Of a stretch of 64,000 nucleotides of DNA, positions 58,957-64,000 are shown piece by piece. The position numbers and the translations under genes were made by a program. Source of the stretch: an uncultured Verrucomicrobiae bacterium. GTDB lineage: Bacteria; Verrucomicrobiota; Verrucomicrobiia; Chthoniobacterales; Chthoniobacteraceae. Where the stretch lies: the NCBI GenBank assembly GCA_963836755.1, contig CAWIKF010000002.1, positions 768,001-832,000 on the forward strand, in the 5' to 3' direction. The notes under the pieces are model-generated. The model ran no database searches, was not told where the DNA came from, and saw only the letters and a list, made by a program, of their open reading frames with translations. Numbering within the stretch: the stretch's first letter is position 1; every line of letters begins with the position of its first letter.

Positions 58957-60234
58957 ATGCGCATCCGACATGGTAATTTGTGCTGGAATTGTGGTAGACT
59001 CTACCTTGTGAATGCAAAATCAGGCATTTCAAAAATACAACAGTCGCCAAAACAACAGTTCCTGGCGAGCCTCGACTCATGTTTTCGAGATGGCTCATTT
59101 ATTAAGCTAACACTCGGTCACCGGGCGGTTCCTGAGAATATGTTGCGAAAATTGCTTGTTCGGCCCGTGCTGATTCGCGGAGAAAAGCGGTGCAGCGTCG
59201 TGAGCCGATTTCTCACACGAGACGAAACGAAGAATCACCCGTTTAGCGATACGCTTGCACTCGTAGAAGCAAAGCTTGGAACGGAGTTCCTAAGTGCAAA
59301 TCTCTTTACCGAGTCCAGTGGCGTGGAGCTCGAATTGGGAAAGAAGGATCGATTAAGGGTGATTTCCGTCAAACGAAAACCGGCGTCTTTGGATCACGAC
59401 CGGAGCCGAATGCGCTGGATTGATACAAGCGCACATTATCTCAATTCTCTCGAAGTTACAGATTCATTAGGTAAGGTGCGCGAACGGAAGAGGAGCAAGT
59501 TTCGTCAAATTGAGCGCTTCGTGGATTTGCTGGCCTCAGCCTTCCGCCACAGCAGATTGGCGACATTTCCCATCACTCCACGGGCCATTCCGATCACAAT
59601 GTGCGATATGGGATCAGGCAAAGGGTATCTTACTTTTGCCGCGTTTGACTATTTTAAGCGTGTCGAGAAAATTGAGGCACTAATCACGGGGGTAGAGTCG
59701 CGCGACGACCTCGTCAAACTATGCAATAACGTGGCTATCGATTGTGGATTCAGCGGCCTTAATTTTGTGCGGAGCTCGATAGAAGAGTATAAGTTTCCAA
59801 GGCTCGATATCCTGGTTGCGCTTCACGCCTGCGATATCGCCACGGATGATGCACTCTTCAGTGGGATAAGCGCGGGAGCAGAAATCATTTTGTCGGCTCC
59901 GTGCTGCCACAAAGAAGCGCGACCACAGATCGGTCGCTTCGTCGCACACGGTCCTTTGCGCGATATACTTCGCAACGGCATTTTTGCCGAACGCCATGCT
60001 GATATGGCTACAGATGCAATTCGTCAACTCATCCTTGAACGTGAAGGATATCGTGTAACGGTTAGTGAGTTTGTGGCAGCGGAACATACAGCCAAGAACG
60101 TGATGCTAATAGCCACCAAAAGAAGCGAAGTGCTCACAGATGATGCAAAAGCGGACATTGATCATCGCATTGCAGAACTAAAGAATTTTTATGGCATCGA
60201 ACACCATAGACTCGAACAGCTTTTCATGGCCTGA
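58957..60234 (+). CDS. SAM-dependent methyltransferase (Methyltransf_32-like)
   Basis: KFRQIERF, DMGSGKGYLTF, ALHACDIATD, PCCHKE and EHTAKN; start may be 59008. Confidence 0.88.
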   Translation: MRIRHGNLCWNCGRLYLVNAKSGISKIQQSPKQQFLASLDSCFRDGSFIKLTLGHRAVPENMLRKLLVRPVLIRGEKRCSVVSRFLTRDETKNHPFSDTLALVEAKLGTEFLSANLFTESSGVELELGKKDRLRVISVKRKPASLDHDRSRMRWIDTSAHYLNSLEVTDSLGKVRERKRSKFRQIERFVDLLASAFRHSRLATFPITPRAIPITMCDMGSGKGYLTFAAFDYFKRVEKIEALITGVESRDDLVKLCNNVAIDCGFSGLNFVRSSIEEYKFPRLDILVALHACDIATDDALFSGISAGAEIILSAPCCHKEARPQIGRFVAHGPLRDILRNGIFAERHADMATDAIRQLILEREGYRVTVSEFVAAEHTAKNVMLIATKRSEVLTDDAKADIDHRIAELKNFYGIEHHRLEQLFMA

Positions 60235-60235
60235 T

Positions 60236-61228
60236 GTGGATTGGAATGCGCTACGTCGCCTGCGCGCTCGCTTCCTCCAATTTGATCAAAGTGAAGGCAA
60301 TTTTGGTAATTCGGTTGTATCGCCCGATCGCTCGGACTACTGGCGAACTCCCGCCGAACTTGATAACTATAATTTAACCTTTGGCGAGCGGATTGGTTGG
60401 AAGTGGGACACAGTGCTTGCAGAACTCAAGACGAGAGGCTGGACGCCTCCTGTAGGCACAGTCTTGGATTGGGGCTGCGGCACCGGCGTGGCTGGGCGAC
60501 GTATAGTCGAAGCATGGCCTACTGCCGTTCGCACACTTTTCCTATGGGATCGTTCAAATCTTGCAGTGCAGTTTGCCGAGAAGCGCGCGCGCCAGACTTT
60601 TCCGCATCTCGATTCAAGACGCGCTACAGGAGACACGGTTTCTGATCTGCTTGTCATTAGTCATGTGATCAACGAACTTTCCCAAGTAGCGCTGAAACGC
60701 CTGCTTGCTTTGGTGGAAAAAGCGCAAGCTGTGTTGTGGGTTGAGCCGGGCACATCGGCAGTTAGCCGCAAGCTTATCGCTATGCGCGAAGGACTACTCC
60801 GGCGCTTTCGTGTCATTGCTCCCTGCACTCATTCGATGACATGTGGCATGTTGAGCGCAGAGAACAAGAGGCATTGGTGCCATCATTTTGCGAAGATTCC
60901 GGGATACGTGCATACTGACTCAGGTTGGAGGCGGTTTTCTGCGACACTGGAGATTGACCTCTGCACTCTTCCGTTTAGTTTTCTCGTCCTCGATCGGCGA
61001 CCTGCTGTTACAAACTCCGAGCGAGAAGTGGCACGTGTCATCGGTAAACCCCGCCATTACAAGGGGTTTGCGAAAGTGTTGAGTTGCCAGAGTGTCGGTG
61101 TTCGTGAACTCACAATTCAAAAACGCGACACACCACAGCTTCTGAAAGAAATAAAAAAAGCCCCATCGTCACTCTACCGATGGGAGCGGGAGGGGGATAA
61201 GATAATGGGAGGCATTCGTCTGTTTTAG
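60236..61228 (+). CDS. Rsm22-family SAM-dependent methyltransferase
   Basis: LDWGCGTG, SHVINEL, VEPGT and IAPCTH...C...WCHH motifs. Confidence 0.8.
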   Translation: MDWNALRRLRARFLQFDQSEGNFGNSVVSPDRSDYWRTPAELDNYNLTFGERIGWKWDTVLAELKTRGWTPPVGTVLDWGCGTGVAGRRIVEAWPTAVRTLFLWDRSNLAVQFAEKRARQTFPHLDSRRATGDTVSDLLVISHVINELSQVALKRLLALVEKAQAVLWVEPGTSAVSRKLIAMREGLLRRFRVIAPCTHSMTCGMLSAENKRHWCHHFAKIPGYVHTDSGWRRFSATLEIDLCTLPFSFLVLDRRPAVTNSEREVARVIGKPRHYKGFAKVLSCQSVGVRELTIQKRDTPQLLKEIKKAPSSLYRWEREGDKIMGGIRLF

Positions 61229-61542
61229 TATCTTTCAATGAGATTTTTGATTTTCGGGGAAGTTGATCTAACGAACTTGTAACGCGCACTTGTAACGAAG
61301 CCCTTGCTTATTACATTTGTCTCGATAACAAACGTCGGCGAATCGAAATCCGGGAAAAAATCCGGGAGAATGAGTCGCTTCGCGGTATAATTATAGTGGA
61401 GATAGTTACCGAAGACTGAAGTCTTCGGATTTCGGCGACAGCCTCGATTGCCTACCCGACTCGAAAACACGCCGCATGTCGGCAGTTTTTCCGCGCTACA
61501 ACAAGGCGGCGCGGGATGCGGAATGGAGGTCGTCCCTGAAAT

Positions 61543-62832
61543 ATGCCATCACATCAATTCATCCACCTTGGCTTGCGCCAAGGGTGGGGCGGCGTGCAGT
61601 CGCCCTTTCATATCTCCTACGAAGCTTTGCGCAGGCATCTTTATATTGTCGGAAAAACAGGCACCGGAAAAACCAGCCTGCTTAAAAGCATTTTTTTGCA
61701 ATTGGTGGAGCGGGAACACGGAGTCGCTTTGCTTGATCCACACGGAGACCTCGCCGAAGAGTTGCTCGATCTGCTGCCGCCACGACTGGTTTCAAAAATC
61801 GTGTTTTTCAAACCAAGCGATCTTGCCTTCCCTTTCGCCTGGAACATACTGGCCGAGGTTCCGCTTGATGAGCGCCCTCGCACTGCAAGCGGTATCGTCT
61901 CGGCGTTCAAACATGTTTGGGGTGAATCGTGGGGGCCGCGTCTTGAATACATTCTCTACAACAGCATCCGTGCATTACTCGATGCCGAGCACACGAGTAT
62001 TCTTGGCCTTCCCAAGATGCTCACCAATGCCGCTTATCGACAATGGGTAGTGCGACAGGTCAAAGACCCGTTTGTGACTGCCTTTTGGCAGGAAGAATTC
62101 GAGAGTTACGATCAACGGTTTCGGCAGGAAGCGATTGCCCCAATACAGAATAAAGTAGGCGCACTCACTACCAATCCAGTGCTTCGCAATGTCTTCGGGC
62201 AGGCAAAGCGGAAGCTCGACATTCCTTTCATCATGAATAGCGGGCGCATCTTCATCGCGAATTTGTCGAAAGGGGCGATCGGCGAAGAGCCCTCAAATCT
62301 TATCGGTTCACTTCTTGTATCAGAGTTTCAGCGTGCGGCGATGCAGCGCGGATTGCAGTCGGAGCAGGAGCGCCGAGACTTCACACTCATCATTGACGAG
62401 TTTCAAAACTTCACCACCGGAGCGTTTACCTCAATTCTCTCCGAAGCACGGAAGTTTAATCTTTCACTTGTCTTGTCACATCAATTCACCAGCCAGCTTG
62501 AGCCGGATATTAGCGATGCAGTTTTTGGCAATGTCGGCACGTCCGTAGCCTTTCAGCTTGGCGCAACGGACGCCGACCTCATGGCGAAGGAGTATGGAGA
62601 TGCTTTTGCTGCGAGTCAGTTTGTTGATCTTGAGCGCTTTCATACGCTCGTGAAGCCGTCGAAAGTGGACGGTTGGGCACAACCTTTTCGCGGCAGAACA
62701 GAATCAGTCATTAAGTCGCCGACTCATGCCAGGGAAACCTTCGTTCGAGAATCGCGGCAGCGTTTCGGCAAAGAGCGCGTGAAGGTTGAAGATAAAATAC
62801 GACGCTGGATGAAGCGATGGAGTGATGAGTAG
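61543..62832 (+). CDS. VirD4/TraG-like coupling ATPase
   Basis: RHLYIVGKTGTGKT, LDPHGDL, WGPRLEYIL, IIDEFQNF, LSEARKF and GNVGT motifs. Confidence 0.9.
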   Translation: MPSHQFIHLGLRQGWGGVQSPFHISYEALRRHLYIVGKTGTGKTSLLKSIFLQLVEREHGVALLDPHGDLAEELLDLLPPRLVSKIVFFKPSDLAFPFAWNILAEVPLDERPRTASGIVSAFKHVWGESWGPRLEYILYNSIRALLDAEHTSILGLPKMLTNAAYRQWVVRQVKDPFVTAFWQEEFESYDQRFRQEAIAPIQNKVGALTTNPVLRNVFGQAKRKLDIPFIMNSGRIFIANLSKGAIGEEPSNLIGSLLVSEFQRAAMQRGLQSEQERRDFTLIIDEFQNFTTGAFTSILSEARKFNLSLVLSHQFTSQLEPDISDAVFGNVGTSVAFQLGATDADLMAKEYGDAFAASQFVDLERFHTLVKPSKVDGWAQPFRGRTESVIKSPTHARETFVRESRQRFGKERVKVEDKIRRWMKRWSDE

Positions 62833-62847
62833 TGGTATAATTAAGCG

Positions 62848-63744
62848 GTGAAGATAAACGTAGCCCGGAGGCCACGTTTTCAGCGTCTCTTAGAGTCGCC
62901 AACCATCCGCCTCACCGACCGGGACAAGGCGATTCTTTCGGCTGTAGTGGAATATCGGTTTCTGACCACAAGCCTTATCCTTTTACTTGTAACGGGTAGC
63001 AAACAAAACATCCGTCGCCGATTACAGCGTTTGTATCACGCTGGATTTCTTGACCGACCAAGAGCGCAGTTGCCGCTTCGTTACGCAGGCGAGCTTTTCG
63101 ATTTTGTATATTCGTCAACGCGCAAGACTCTCTCCCCCGCACTCGCCTTCTCAAGAAGAACGGTTTCGGGTAAGGAATCTAAGAAAGTCTCTTCCCTCTT
63201 TCTGGCTCATGCGCTCTCAGTATCCGAGGCACAAATTCGCATCAGAGTGCTATGTCTTTTGCACGGCTTAGCCTTCATTTCACAACATGAGATCGTGAGC
63301 GCCGGACAGCACGAGGATTCAGCCGGGCATTTACACTGGAGAGTCGCTCTGAAAGCAGACAAGACGACAGAAAACGTCGGCGTCATTCCCGATGCCGTAT
63401 TTTCGATTGAACAGCAGGAGCTTTCAGGCGAGAAGCGTCGCCTCTATTATTTTCTGGAAGCAGATCGAGGCACCATGCCTCTTTATCGGAAGAGCCTTCG
63501 TTTATCTTCGATCCGTCGAAAGACACTTTCTTATTTACGAAGCCGGAGAATGAAATTGTTGAAGGAGCATTACAATATCCCAGGTTTCCAAGTGCTCTTT
63601 GTAGCCCGAACAACGGAGCGCCTTGAACGAATCAAGGAAGTATGCACGGCGGCAACAGATTGTCACAGTTCTTCTCTCTTTCTCTTTACTACGCAAGATG
63701 AGCTACAAGCGGGCAACCTACCACCAAGTCTCGGCATGGTATAA
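62848..63744 (+). CDS. replication-relaxation (Replic_Relax) family relaxase
   Basis: LTDRD...YRFLT...RRRLQRLY wHTH; LAHAL; IPDAVF...FLEADRGTM motifs. Confidence 0.85.
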   Translation: MKINVARRPRFQRLLESPTIRLTDRDKAILSAVVEYRFLTTSLILLLVTGSKQNIRRRLQRLYHAGFLDRPRAQLPLRYAGELFDFVYSSTRKTLSPALAFSRRTVSGKESKKVSSLFLAHALSVSEAQIRIRVLCLLHGLAFISQHEIVSAGQHEDSAGHLHWRVALKADKTTENVGVIPDAVFSIEQQELSGEKRRLYYFLEADRGTMPLYRKSLRLSSIRRKTLSYLRSRRMKLLKEHYNIPGFQVLFVARTTERLERIKEVCTAATDCHSSSLFLFTTQDELQAGNLPPSLGMV

Positions 63745-63812
63745 TTGTAGTGATCCGTTGCACACTCCGTGCGACACACTCTAACCCTTTAACTACAAGG
63801 AGGTAGTTCTTT

Positions 63813-64000
63813 ATGCCTACTGCAAAATCTGCGTGGGTTGATTTCAAAGAAATCAAAGCAAAAGTTTCCATCGTTCAAATTCTTGAGCGATATGGCGTCA
63901 TCGAAACGCTTGTCAAAAGTGGAAATGGCGACCGTTTGAGCGGTGCATGTCCGATCCACGGCGGCACCAACAAAACGCATTTCCGCGTGAGCATTTCCAA
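63813..64000 (+). CDS. CHC2 zinc-finger DNA primase, truncated by the window end
   Basis: AAGGAGG RBS; MPTAKSAWVDFKEIKAKVSIVQILERYG...GACPIHGG...HFRVS. Confidence 0.8.
   Translation, partial: MPTAKSAWVDFKEIKAKVSIVQILERYGVIETLVKSGNGDRLSGACPIHGGTNKTHFRVSIS

Larger units (their letters stand above)
33736..64000. mobile_element. integrative (ICE/IME-like) genomic island at tRNA-Ala, continuing beyond the window
   Basis: Integrase overlaps the tRNA 3' end; visible drop in GC; carries coupling-protein ATPases, relaxase, primase, ArdC and RM/defence cargo; right boundary not seen. Confidence 0.85.

Noticed and set aside
53474..61228. Integron (tyrosine recombinase plus cassette array)
   Set aside because: No IntI-specific insertion is evident, downstream genes are on mixed strands, and I found no repeated attC-like sites between them
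33763..64000. Second att copy of the tRNA-Ala 3' end
   Set aside because: Not found by eye within the window; the element appears to run past 64000

Overview
The window looks bacterial and is probably from Verrucomicrobiota (Chthoniobacterales-like). That assignment is an inference from gene content and style only. It has three blocks. (1) About 1-11.7 kb is a carbohydrate-utilisation block (GH35, GH29, MFS transporter, sugar isomerase, uncharacterised GH-like protein with a CBM) abutting the 3' end of tRNA-Asn. (2) About 11.9-33.7 kb is GC-rich core genome: rhaB-rhaED-lutABC, GH57, xerD, purC, nagBA, mbfA and a frameshifted RND pump with a 12x21-bp in-frame repeat. (3) From 33.7 kb to beyond the window end is a lower-GC integrative element inserted at tRNA-Ala(GGC). 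It carries a large serine recombinase whose stop codon lies inside the tRNA, and a Dcm/Vsr/GHKL(MORC-like)-histidine kinase/receiver/unknown-gene module with no recognisable restriction nuclease. It also has an XamI-like RM pair followed by an OLD-family ATPase-TOPRIM gene, ArdC, a replication-initiator-like gene with internal iteron-like repeats, and a second (tyrosine) recombinase preceded by about 700 nt of hairpin-dense non-coding DNA. Further cargo includes a repeat micro-protein, two VirD4/TraG-like ATPases, a Replic_Relax relaxase and a CHC2 primase. The best candidates for undescribed systems are the structured non-coding region paired with the tyrosine recombinase and the methylase-linked two-component module. 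All calls come from motif reading by eye; no database searches or folding programs were run.
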